Assembly (NCBI GenBank): GCA_046758745.1
Contig: JBHIAV010000005.1
Location: forward strand, 16,291 to 80,290
Length of the DNA: 64,000 nt
DNA from: Gemmatimonadota bacterium
GTDB taxonomy: Bacteria > Gemmatimonadota > Gemmatimonadetes > Palauibacterales > Palauibacteraceae
Reading direction: 5' to 3'
Shown: positions 17,339 through 25,695 of the stretch, piece by piece
Numbering within the stretch: position 1 is the first letter of the stretch
Layout: each line of letters opens with the position of its first letter
Notes under the pieces: generated by a model
The model's database searches: none
Seen by the model: the letters and a program-made list of their open reading frames with translations, nothing else
What the model was told of the DNA's origin: nothing
Translations under genes and position numbers: made by a program

Positions 17339-18696
17339 GATCGGTCCCTGCCTCCGGCGAAGAACGGGAGGCGACGCGAGAAGTCGATCGGCATCTCCGA
17401 GCGAATCCTCTCCATGAGCTCCGGCGTGACGCGGGCGTGCCCCTTCCGGCGGGCGTACGCCTCGACCCGGCTCACCACGACACCCCGCACGAAGGAGGGG
17501 ATCCGGGCGAGCCGCGCCTCGGCCTCCGGCGTCCACTCCAGCTCCGGGAGCTGCGCCATGCCGTACAGCACCGCGCGCCGAGGCTCCACCACCGGGAGGT
17601 CGCCGGCGGGCTCGTACGCGCAGGAGGGATCCTCGGCCAGGAAGTCCCCGTCCCGCGCGAAGGCGCGTGCCCGGCACCCGCCGCACACCTTCCGGTACTC
17701 GCACCTTCCGCACTTCCCCCCCAGCTCCCCCTCGCGCAGGAGGCGGAAGAGGGGAGCCGAGCGCCACACCTCCGCGAACCCCTCCGACCGCAGGTCGCCG
17801 GCCACGGCCGGAAGGTAAGGGCAGGGCGTAAGCTTCCCCTCGGGAGTGATCCGGCAGTACTGCACGCCGCATGGGCAGCGGGTGCCGTAGTTGAGGAGAG
17901 GCGACTCGGGGTCGGACTCCCATGCGTGACGCATGATCTGCGGCTGGCACTTCGAGCGGACGAGCATCCGGCCCCGGTATCTCCGCTCCAGGATGACGAG
18001 GCCGCGCAGGACCTCCTCGTTCTCGACCGGAGCGAGGCCCCGCATCCCCTCACCCCGACCGGTCTGGACCAGGAAGTACACGTTGAACGACACGGCCCCC
18101 GCATCGGCGGCCCACTCGGCCAGTGCGGGTATCTCGTCCCGATTCCCTCGCGTGACCGTCGTCTGGACGATGAAGTCGAGGCGCGCATTCCTCAGCCGTT
18201 CCACCGCCCCCAGCGTCTCCTCCAGCGCTCCGGATCCGTGCCGGAAGCGGTCGTGGTAGCGAGGGTTCAGCGAGTCGACGCTGATCGCCGCCCCGCTCAC
18301 TCCGGCCTCCTGCAGGGACTCGATTCGCTCCACGGTCAGCCGCGTGCCGTTCGTCCCGACGACCACCGTGGCGCCCCCCTTGTGGGCGTGTGAGGCGATC
18401 GCCTCCAGGTCGTCGCGGAGGAGGGGCTCGCCCCCGCTGAGGATCAGCAGGGGAGCGGGGTTCAAGGCGAGGATCTCTTCGATGATGCGGAAGCACTCCC
18501 CCGTCGTGAGCTCTCCCTCCGCGGAGTGCCACGTTCCGGCGGAGATATAGCAATGCGCGCACGCGAGATTGCAGCGACGGGTGACGTTCCACGCCACCAC
18601 GTGGGGAAGGTAGCCGTCGCCGGCAGCCGGCCGTGCCCCCGGACGCGCCGCCACGAGGGCCTCCGGCCACTCGGGTGCGCCGGCCGGCCCGCTCAC
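17335..18696 (-). CDS. Radical SAM/SPASM enzyme, AhbC/AhbD/NirJ-like, with C-terminal PCP-reductase-type helical domain
   Basis: WNVTRRCNLACAHCY, SGGEPLLR, GTNGT, HDRFR; SPASM CPCG..C..PCPY..GKCGRC..CGGCRARA..DPSC; tail WTPEAEARLARIPSFVRG. Confidence 0.85.
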   Translation of the reverse strand: MSGPAGAPEWPEALVAARPGARPAAGDGYLPHVVAWNVTRRCNLACAHCYISAGTWHSAEGELTTGECFRIIEEILALNPAPLLILSGGEPLLRDDLEAIASHAHKGGATVVVGTNGTRLTVERIESLQEAGVSGAAISVDSLNPRYHDRFRHGSGALEETLGAVERLRNARLDFIVQTTVTRGNRDEIPALAEWAADAGAVSFNVYFLVQTGRGEGMRGLAPVENEEVLRGLVILERRYRGRMLVRSKCQPQIMRHAWESDPESPLLNYGTRCPCGVQYCRITPEGKLTPCPYLPAVAGDLRSEGFAEVWRSAPLFRLLREGELGGKCGRCEYRKVCGGCRARAFARDGDFLAEDPSCAYEPAGDLPVVEPRRAVLYGMAQLPELEWTPEAEARLARIPSFVRGVVVSRVEAYARRKGHARVTPELMERIRSEMPIDFSRRLPFFAGGRDRS

Positions 18697-18808
18697 GTCG
18701 CCCTGGACACCCGCACCGGAGGCACCGCGACCCTACCCGGCCGCGCGCCGGGGTGGCTCCATGACGCGGAGGGCCCGGCACGGCTGTGTGGGATCGGAGC
18801 TCCCCTCA

Positions 18809-20818
18809 CTACTCGCCCATCGGCCCGGGAACGTCGGCCTCCTTCCTCATCAGCTCCTCGACGGCGCGCCTCGCCTCCTCGGGGGTGGCCGTCTTGAAGT
18901 CCACCGGACAGCGCTCCACCTGACGCTCGATGTCGCGGATCGGGCAGCGCGTTACCCCCGCCGCCTTCGCCTCATCGATGAACTTCCGCATCTCGGGACT
19001 CACCCCATCCAGTCCCGCCGCCTCCGCCCGCGCCTGCTTCGCCTTGAGCTCGTTGAACATCACGAGCATGGTGTCCATGTCGAACTCGTCGGCTTCGATC
19101 ATCGCCTGCTTGTTGTCGTCCATCACCATCGTGGTGACACGCCACATGCCGTGGCGCCGGGCAAAGCGCTCCACCGTGTTGCGGGCGAGAGGGCGCGCGA
19201 TGAGCGGGACCTGGCGGAGACGGTCGTACGCCTCGTGCGTCCACACGACCGGGTCTTCCTCGGTCCGCTCGCGCACGGTGGCGTGTCCGGAATAGGGGCA
19301 CTTCGTCTCCACGGGTCGGGGCGACTCGAAGACGTCCGCGTCGTGCGTCTCCACGACGGTGCGCTTCATCGCCTCCTCCGCCTTCACCTCGGCCAGGGCG
19401 AGCTCCTCGGCATCACCGACACCCATGATGAGCTGCATGTGGGTGGGGAGTAGCCTGCGGATCGCTCGGTCCAGCCACTCGTTCGTGACGGTCGGCAGTT
19501 CGGGCGGCGTGTGCTCCACATTCTCGAGAACGAACTCCTCGACCGCCTTTCGGGCGATCCCGAGCGCAAAGGGAGGGACCCGAAGGATTCGCACCTCGGC
19601 CTCCGGCGCCCACTCCAGACCGGTCTCGCCGTCTTCCTCGATCCATGGGATCTCGTCGGGTCGCACGTCCGTCGTCCCGATGAGGAGCACGCTGCACGGC
19701 GCGAGGCGGATCAGGTTCTCGGCCTGCGACCCCATCTCCGTGCCGTCGACGCGGTGCGCCCCGTGTCGGGCCAGCACCAGCAGAGTCGGCTCGACCTCCT
19801 CGGCCCACTGGAGCACCACCTGGAAGGGCTTCCCGATGAGGATCTGCGTCGCGAGCTTGACGTCCGGGTACTCCTTCGCCATCGCCTCGGCCCGCTTGAG
19901 GTTGGCCTGGCAGAGACGGAGCAGACCCTTGTCGATGATGTTGTTGTGCAGCTCCTCCTGCTCCTCGAACTTGAAGACCTTCGAGGCCTGCACGGAGAGG
20001 ACGTCCTTGATGTTGTTGAAGACGACGTGGTGGTACTCGACGTCGAAGGCGCTGCACACGAAGAGCTTGGCCCCGAACTCTCGCGCCATCTCCAGCGCCA
20101 TCCGCATCGCCTTGTAGCAGTAAGACGATCCATCAATGCACACCATCCACCGTCCGCCCTGTAGCGGCCGGTCGTCACGCACGATGAGGACATCCTTGTG
20201 CACCGAACGGACCACGCGGGAGACCACGCCGCCGAGCTGCGAGTAGGGCTGACGTCCGATGCCGTGCGCCCCTATGGCCAGGAGGTCGTAGCGTCGCCCG
20301 GAAGAGCCGGCGAGCTTCCGCTCCGAGTCTTCTTCCTCCGCCACGAGGCGACCGGTCTCGCTGATCTTCACGTCGCTGCGAACGACGTCGCCGCCGTCGT
20401 ATCGGGCGGCGATGTTCGGATCGAACCCGATGAGGCTCGGGAGCTGGCCGCGGCCCTCGTTCGCCTCCCGGATGATCTCCTCGAAGTTGATCCCCTCGAG
20501 GAGCTGCCGGGTGAGCGGCGCACCCGCCTCCGAGCAGCGCTGGGCGACCCGGTCCAGAAAGCTGTCCGCGATGAGCTGGAGACCCTTCTCGATCAGCTTG
20601 TCGTGAATCTTCCGCTGTCGCTTGATCTCCTCGGAAGTCTGGAAGCGAGCGGGGAGCCCGCTCTCCAGCTGGCGGAAGCGAATGTCGTGGAGCCGCGCTG
20701 CGTACACGTGGTTCGCCGTGATGCGGCCGCCCGACCGCGAGCACAGCTCGATCGCGCGCTCGAGGGCCCAATCAGAGTGGACCGAGTTGTCCACGGGAAC
20801 GAGCAGCTCACGGTACAT
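18809..20818 (-). CDS. Multidomain universal stress protein (2x USP + 2x PCP-reductase-type domain, CP motifs)
   Basis: MYRELLVPVDNS...DLLAIGAHG...LGGV; MVCIDGS...LLVLARHG...MGSQAENLIRLAPCSVL; WAPEAEVRILRVP; WTHEAYDRLRQVP. Confidence 0.85.
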   Translation of the reverse strand: MYRELLVPVDNSVHSDWALERAIELCSRSGGRITANHVYAARLHDIRFRQLESGLPARFQTSEEIKRQRKIHDKLIEKGLQLIADSFLDRVAQRCSEAGAPLTRQLLEGINFEEIIREANEGRGQLPSLIGFDPNIAARYDGGDVVRSDVKISETGRLVAEEEDSERKLAGSSGRRYDLLAIGAHGIGRQPYSQLGGVVSRVVRSVHKDVLIVRDDRPLQGGRWMVCIDGSSYCYKAMRMALEMAREFGAKLFVCSAFDVEYHHVVFNNIKDVLSVQASKVFKFEEQEELHNNIIDKGLLRLCQANLKRAEAMAKEYPDVKLATQILIGKPFQVVLQWAEEVEPTLLVLARHGAHRVDGTEMGSQAENLIRLAPCSVLLIGTTDVRPDEIPWIEEDGETGLEWAPEAEVRILRVPPFALGIARKAVEEFVLENVEHTPPELPTVTNEWLDRAIRRLLPTHMQLIMGVGDAEELALAEVKAEEAMKRTVVETHDADVFESPRPVETKCPYSGHATVRERTEEDPVVWTHEAYDRLRQVPLIARPLARNTVERFARRHGMWRVTTMVMDDNKQAMIEADEFDMDTMLVMFNELKAKQARAEAAGLDGVSPEMRKFIDEAKAAGVTRCPIRDIERQVERCPVDFKTATPEEARRAVEELMRKEADVPGPMGE

Positions 20819-21133
20819 CGACACCTCGAATCCAGGGGTGCCGCCGCCCAAGTGGGAGCGCGGGAGGCGCCGGGCGTGCGGGAGGGGCGAGCCGCAGGGC
20901 CGGTGGTGACGCGGCTCCGCCCGCGAAGCAGCGCGCGACGGTCTCGGAGCCGGATCTCCACCTCAGCCCCACGAGCCTCTCGACCCGTCGTTCCCGAGGC
21001 CCACTTCGATTCCGGCGTAGGGCGCGCGCCGCGCGCGGCGGGCCCGCCTCTATCGGTGAGACGGGCCCCCGCCCGTCCCGAATTCGACTCGAAAGGAGCG
21101 CCTCTCCCCTGACCCGGGAGTGCGCTCGGCGTG

Positions 21134-21164
21134 AGTATATAGCCGCGGCGGCGACAGCTGTCAA
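21134..21164 (-). promoter_or_regulatory. Sigma-70-type promoter for the USP-oxidase operon
   Basis: Minus strand reads TTGACA-17 nt-TATATACT, about 310 nt upstream of the USP start. Confidence 0.65.
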
Positions 21165-21259
21165 ACGCCGCCAAACAGGCGCTCTCGAGGCGCGGACGAC
21201 CCCCCGATCCACCGCTCTCCGCGCCCGAGGAACGCTCTCGCCGGCGGGTTCGGATGGGC

Positions 21260-22012
21260 TCACGCAGCCGCTCCGGCGAGCCGGCGGGCGAGGGTCGGCG
21301 CCGCCGCGAGAACAAGCCCCGCCCCCAGCAGGACGACGGCGATGGGCCCGATCCACGAGGCGAGGGGACCGACCCCGCCGGTACCCGTCAGCGCCCGGGT
21401 GACCGCAGGGGACCCCGCCGAGACAGCGAGCAGGCCGTCGTGGAGCGGGCCGAATGGGCTGAGGTGTTCCACCGTCTCGGCCCATGTTCCGGGCCCGGCC
21501 GCGCGGAACACCCCGCTCAGGTGGAGCGCGAAGAGCGACGCCGCCGCGCACGCGAGGGCGCCCTCGGCGAGCGAGCGCACGAGCGCCGCGATGACACTTC
21601 CGAGGAGGTTTCCGAAGAGAAGCGCGAGCAGCAGCCCCGCCGCGGCGCCGAGGCCCGGCGCCCACGAGGCTCCGGAGACCGCGAGCAGGATGAGGAGGAG
21701 GGGCAGGAGCTGGAGCGCGTCCAGGGCCGCCGCCGCGATCGTACGCTCGGCGAGCCAGGCGCGCTCGCCATACCCGGTCAGCCTCACTTTCTCCACCCAG
21801 CCGGACGCCCCCTCTCGCACGAGCGGGATGCAGCTCCCAAAGGTGGCGAAGAAGACGATGAAGACGCTGAACACGGCCGCCCGGTGCGGTGCGGCCGCCG
21901 GACTCGCCGCCACCGGGAGCAGAAGCGCGACGGGGACGATCACGTTCCAGGCGAAGAGTCGGCGACGCGTGAGGGCGATCCGCCACTCCAGGGCCCACAC
22001 GCGCCCGATCAC
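21260..22012 (-). CDS. ABC-2-type transporter permease
   Basis: About 6 TM helices, LVREGASG..EKVRLT, HLSPFG; follows an ABC ATPase. Confidence 0.7.
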   Translation of the reverse strand: MIGRVWALEWRIALTRRRLFAWNVIVPVALLLPVAASPAAAPHRAAVFSVFIVFFATFGSCIPLVREGASGWVEKVRLTGYGERAWLAERTIAAAALDALQLLPLLLILLAVSGASWAPGLGAAAGLLLALLFGNLLGSVIAALVRSLAEGALACAAASLFALHLSGVFRAAGPGTWAETVEHLSPFGPLHDGLLAVSAGSPAVTRALTGTGGVGPLASWIGPIAVVLLGAGLVLAAAPTLARRLAGAAA

Positions 22013-22043
22013 GGGTGCTCCCTCCCCCGACCCTCTCTGTCCC

Positions 22044-23060
22044 TCACGGGCCGCCGCGAGCGGAGAGACCCGTCCCCCGCAGCGCCGTCTCGTCGGGGGC
22101 CGGGGCCGCCCCGTCGAGGGGAACCCCGGCCAGCTCCAGGAAGACGTCGGCAAGGTTCGGCTCGTGCACCCGAATGGAGCGGGGCTCGCACCCGGCCTCG
22201 AGCAGGCGTGCGCACAGCTCCGGGAGCGCGGCGCCCCCCGCGGGTGAAGCGAAGCGTGCTCCCTGCGGATACAGTGCCAGCGTCCGCACCTGCGGCTGCG
22301 GTTCGAAGCTCCTGCTCGGCATCTTTCCCGACACCTCGATCACGGTCTCCTTCGCCAGCCCGGCGATGAGGTCGCGGGGAGGGCCGTCCGCGATGAGCCT
22401 TCCGCCGTGCAGGAAAGCGACCCGGCTGCACGCCGTCTCCACGAACGCCGGATCGTTGGAGGCCACCAGGGCCGCCGCTCCTCTCGACGCCGCATCGGCC
22501 ATGGCCGCTCGCAGCGCCGCCACGCCGAGGGGATCCAGCCCGAGCGTGGGCTCGTCGAGCAGGAGGAGGTCGGCTGATGCGGCCACCGCCTCTGCGAGGG
22601 CGAGACGGCGGCGCATCCCGTGCGAGTAGATCGATACCCTTTCCACAGCGCGGTCGGCGAGGCCGAAGTCGCGCAGCGCGCTATCCAGCGCACCGGCCGC
22701 TGCCTCGCCCCCGTGTCCCCTGAGGCCGAGCAGACGGAGAACGTTCTCGCGCCCCGGGAGGGATTCCTGAAACGGAGTGCGGTCGAAGACGACGGCAACC
22801 CGCCGGCGGAGGTGCGACGCCGAGTCGGAGGGCTCGTTCGGGAAGAGGCGTGCCGAGCCCTCGGCCGGAGGGAGCACCCCGGCTACGATGCGGAGAAGGG
22901 TCGTCTTCCCGGAGCCGTTCGGCCCCATCACTCCGAGGACTTCCCCGGCCGCCAGCTGGAGCGTCAGCCCCACCAGAACAGGCGGCCCGTCGGCGTAGCG
23001 GTGGCCCAGCCCGCACAGGGCCAGGACGGGTCCCACCGGGACGGACGGACCTGTCGTCAT
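22044..23060 (-). CDS. ABC transporter ATP-binding protein (exporter type)
   Basis: GPNGSGKTT, YSHGMRRRL, LLLDEPTLGLD, EPNLADVFLELAG. Confidence 0.88.
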   Translation of the reverse strand: MTTGPSVPVGPVLALCGLGHRYADGPPVLVGLTLQLAAGEVLGVMGPNGSGKTTLLRIVAGVLPPAEGSARLFPNEPSDSASHLRRRVAVVFDRTPFQESLPGRENVLRLLGLRGHGGEAAAGALDSALRDFGLADRAVERVSIYSHGMRRRLALAEAVAASADLLLLDEPTLGLDPLGVAALRAAMADAASRGAAALVASNDPAFVETACSRVAFLHGGRLIADGPPRDLIAGLAKETVIEVSGKMPSRSFEPQPQVRTLALYPQGARFASPAGGAALPELCARLLEAGCEPRSIRVHEPNLADVFLELAGVPLDGAAPAPDETALRGTGLSARGGP

Positions 23061-23416
23061 GGGACGAGCGTGTGACCGTCCTCGTCATACACGGTGATCG
23101 CGTCCACCGGACAGGCGGCGCACGCCCGCAGGAGACGCTCTCGCCCCACCGCCTCCGGAGTCGTCAGCACCGCGATCTCTTCCGCGTCCAGCGCGAACGC
23201 CGCCGGCGCTTCGGCGATGCACTCCGCGAAGCCGACGCACAGGCCCCGGTCGATCGCCACGCGAAGCCTCCCGACCCGGCGGTCGCACCGCGCATCCGCG
23301 ATGGCTTCCGGCATCCGGCCCGCAGCGAGGACCGGCGACTGTCCCGGCGCGGCCTCCTCCCGCCGGGCAGCCGCCGACCCGGCACCGCGAGGGGGAGGGG
23401 GGACGGATGCCGTCAC
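23057..23416 (-). CDS. Single-cluster ferredoxin (probably [3Fe-4S])
   Basis: IDRGLCVGFAECIAEAPAAF...ACAACPVDAI; second Cys position is Phe. Start is 23416 (GTG) or 23314 (ATG). Confidence 0.8.
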   Translation of the reverse strand: MTASVPPPPRGAGSAAARREEAAPGQSPVLAAGRMPEAIADARCDRRVGRLRVAIDRGLCVGFAECIAEAPAAFALDAEEIAVLTTPEAVGRERLLRACAACPVDAITVYDEDGHTLVP

Positions 23417-23862
23417 ATCCCCTCGAGGCCGAGCTCCCGACGTGCCCGATCCATGATGGCGGGAGTGATCTCGGCGATGCCCCGCTCCCTCGCATAGTCG
23501 ATGTAGATGCGCTTTACCATCCCGCGCACGAAGGAGGGGACGGCCCCCAGCCGTTCGATCGCCTCCACGCTCCAGCGCACCGTGGCGGCCGACGGCTCGG
23601 GCGGTGCGGTATCCGCGAACGCCTTCTCCCGGCCCTCCGCCAGAGAGCCCCGCACCATCTCGAAGGGCTGTTCGGGCACCGCACGCCCCCCGATCCGGAC
23701 CCCGAGGGAGGCCACGAGCTGCGTCTCCATGGGGTTGGTCAGCAGTCCGACCCGGTGGTCGCACGACGGGCAGCGGAAGGCGGCCGCCAGCGTGCCGTCC
23801 CCCGGGAGGTCCCGCTCCTCGAACACCATCTGCTCGTCGCACTCCACGCACAGGAACTTCAC
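23413..23862 (-). CDS. Zn-ribbon (CxxC...CxxC) protein with C-terminal PCP-reductase-type domain
   Basis: MKFLCVECDEQM...FRCPSC...TNPMETQLV; WSVEAIERLGAVPSFVRGMV...YARERG..EIT. Confidence 0.8.
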   Translation of the reverse strand: MKFLCVECDEQMVFEERDLPGDGTLAAAFRCPSCDHRVGLLTNPMETQLVASLGVRIGGRAVPEQPFEMVRGSLAEGREKAFADTAPPEPSAATVRWSVEAIERLGAVPSFVRGMVKRIYIDYARERGIAEITPAIMDRARRELGLEGM

Positions 23863-24746
23863 GCCGCCTCCTCGCCCCCCAGGAGGGTCGCGGCGATCGT
23901 CGCCAGTGCCCTGCCCGCCGGACGATCGAGGGCGCCGAGCGGGTCTCCCTTCTCCGCCAGCGCGGCGCTCTCGGGATCAAGCGGGACGCGCCCGAGCAGC
24001 GGGATTCCGAACAGCCCGGCCAGAGACTCACCGGCATCGCCTCGGAAAAGAGGCCGCACCGCTCCACACTCCGGGCAGGCGTACCCGGACATGTTCTCGA
24101 TCACACCCAGGGCGGGCATGCCCCGCTCCCGGGCCTCGCGGAGGGAACGCTCCACGCTGGCGCGGGACGCGTCCGAGGGGATGGTGACGACCAATGTCCC
24201 CGAGAGGTCGGGAACGAGTTCCGCGAGGTCGATCATGCGCCCCGTACCGGGCGGAAGATCGATCAGAAGGAGATCCAGCTTCCCCCACTCCACGTCCCCC
24301 AGGAACTCGCGCAGTGCCCCCTGCTCCTGCGCTCCCCGCCACACGAAGCTCTCCGAGGCGGGCTCCTTCCAGGCGAGAGGTCGTCCCGCCTCCAGAAGCA
24401 GCTCCATCGACATGACCCGCACTCCCGCCGGGCTCACCGCCGGCACCACCGCCGATTGCTCCACGCGGAGCTCTCCCGGCGACACCCCCGACAGGCGGGC
24501 GGCCGTCGGGCCGTGAAGGTCGGCGTCGAGCAACCCGACCCGGGCCCCTGCGCGAGCGGATTGGGCGGCCAGCAGGGCTGCCACGAAGCTCTTCCCGACC
24601 CCGCCCTTTCCGCTCATCACGGCCACACAGCGTTCCACCAGCTCGAGGCGCCGGCGCACTTTTTCGCGCTGCGCGGTCACCTGAGCGACGAGGTCGGACC
24701 GGTCCCGGCCGAGGAGCTCCGAGTAGGTGCGGAAACCGATCGTCAC
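23859..24746 (-). CDS. Mrp/NBP35 (ApbC) Fe-S cluster carrier ATPase
   Basis: MSGKGGVGKS, LDADLHGP, VWRG, WGKLDLLLIDLPPGTG, IENMSGYACPECG, LGRVPLDP. Confidence 0.88.
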   Translation of the reverse strand: MTIGFRTYSELLGRDRSDLVAQVTAQREKVRRRLELVERCVAVMSGKGGVGKSFVAALLAAQSARAGARVGLLDADLHGPTAARLSGVSPGELRVEQSAVVPAVSPAGVRVMSMELLLEAGRPLAWKEPASESFVWRGAQEQGALREFLGDVEWGKLDLLLIDLPPGTGRMIDLAELVPDLSGTLVVTIPSDASRASVERSLREARERGMPALGVIENMSGYACPECGAVRPLFRGDAGESLAGLFGIPLLGRVPLDPESAALAEKGDPLGALDRPAGRALATIAATLLGGEEAA

Positions 24747-25210
24747 AGGTCCCAGCCGGCGCGGGCCAGCATCCACAGGTTGATGAGCACGACGACCACG
24801 GCCGTCACGTAGAGCGCCGCCGGGAGGCGGGCCTCCGCAACGGGCAGGAAGCCCCGCCGGACGAGGGCGGGGAGGCGGAGCGCGTGAAGGAGCCACACCG
24901 CCCGCGCGAACCACGGATTCTGCCAGCGCCACAACCCCCAGAAGACGACGGCCACGATGGCCGCGCCGAGGAGGAGCCACACCCAGACCGCACCGCGCTC
25001 GGCCGGCAGGACGCCGGCCCGAGCCGCGGCGATGACGGCCGCCTCGTACAGGAGTCCGACGTGCAGATAGACAAACGCCGCCTGCCGGAACTTGACGGCC
25101 CGCGCCGGCGCGTGAGGCAACCTTCGCGCCCGGCGAGCCGCCGGCTCGGCCGAACCGGGCCCGTCCGCCACCGCGCCTTCCGGACTCTCCGCCGCTCGGC
25201 TCCCCGCCAT
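24743..25210 (-). CDS. Hypothetical 4-TM membrane protein
   Basis: KFRQAAFVYLHVGLLYE...NLWMLARAGWDL; stop overlaps the Mrp start. Confidence 0.65.
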   Translation of the reverse strand: MAGSRAAESPEGAVADGPGSAEPAARRARRLPHAPARAVKFRQAAFVYLHVGLLYEAAVIAAARAGVLPAERGAVWVWLLLGAAIVAVVFWGLWRWQNPWFARAVWLLHALRLPALVRRGFLPVAEARLPAALYVTAVVVVLINLWMLARAGWDL

Positions 25211-25422
25211 ACTCTCTTCCGTCTGGGGTCTTTCGCTCACCTTACCGGTACAGCTTGCCGGGGCGCCCGCTGTTCCGCAACAGCGGCTGTCCCGCCGCGC
25301 CGCCGCGCGCTAGTTTTCTGGGTGTAGGGTGCCGCGAAGCGGCGCTTTCTCTGCCTGGGGTGCGGCGAGCCGGCACGTGGCAGTGCACACGCGTCCCGCG
25401 GCATGGAACATGAGGAGGCGAC

Positions 25423-25626
25423 GTGTCCCTCATCGGCTTTCACAGGGTTCTGATCGGGAGCGCGATTCTCTTCTGCGCGCTCTTCGCAGTGTGGGAGGGG
25501 TGGCGATACCTGCAGGCGGGAGGCGCGGCCGAGCTCACCCTCGCCGTCGTGTTCGGAGTCCTCGCCTGCTCCCTCGCGTACTATCTGGCGAGGCTCAACC
25601 GCTTCCTCGGACGCGAATCTTCTTGA
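25423..25626 (+). CDS. Small 2-TM membrane protein
   Basis: GAGGAGG RBS; MSLIGFHRVLIGSAILFC...YYLARLNRFLG. Confidence 0.65.
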   Translation: MSLIGFHRVLIGSAILFCALFAVWEGWRYLQAGGAAELTLAVVFGVLACSLAYYLARLNRFLGRESS

Positions 25627-25695
25627 GGGCGGCGCGTCCCCGGCGACCCGCCGCCCGCGCCGGGGCTGCCGACTGACCGAGGCTTCCGAGCCGGC

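Noticed and set aside
15419-17818. Long plus-strand ORFs (e.g. 15419-17818, 25794-27869, 1978-3489, 45038-46597, 52995-54464)
   Set aside because: Antisense shadows of well-supported minus-strand genes; Arg/Pro/Gly-rich and motif-less, as expected at high GC.
17400-23580. Photosynthesis/chlorophyll synthesis suggested by PCP-reductase-type domains
   Set aside because: No nitrogenase-like BchN/BchB/BchL catalytic domains or other bch/puf genes in the window.
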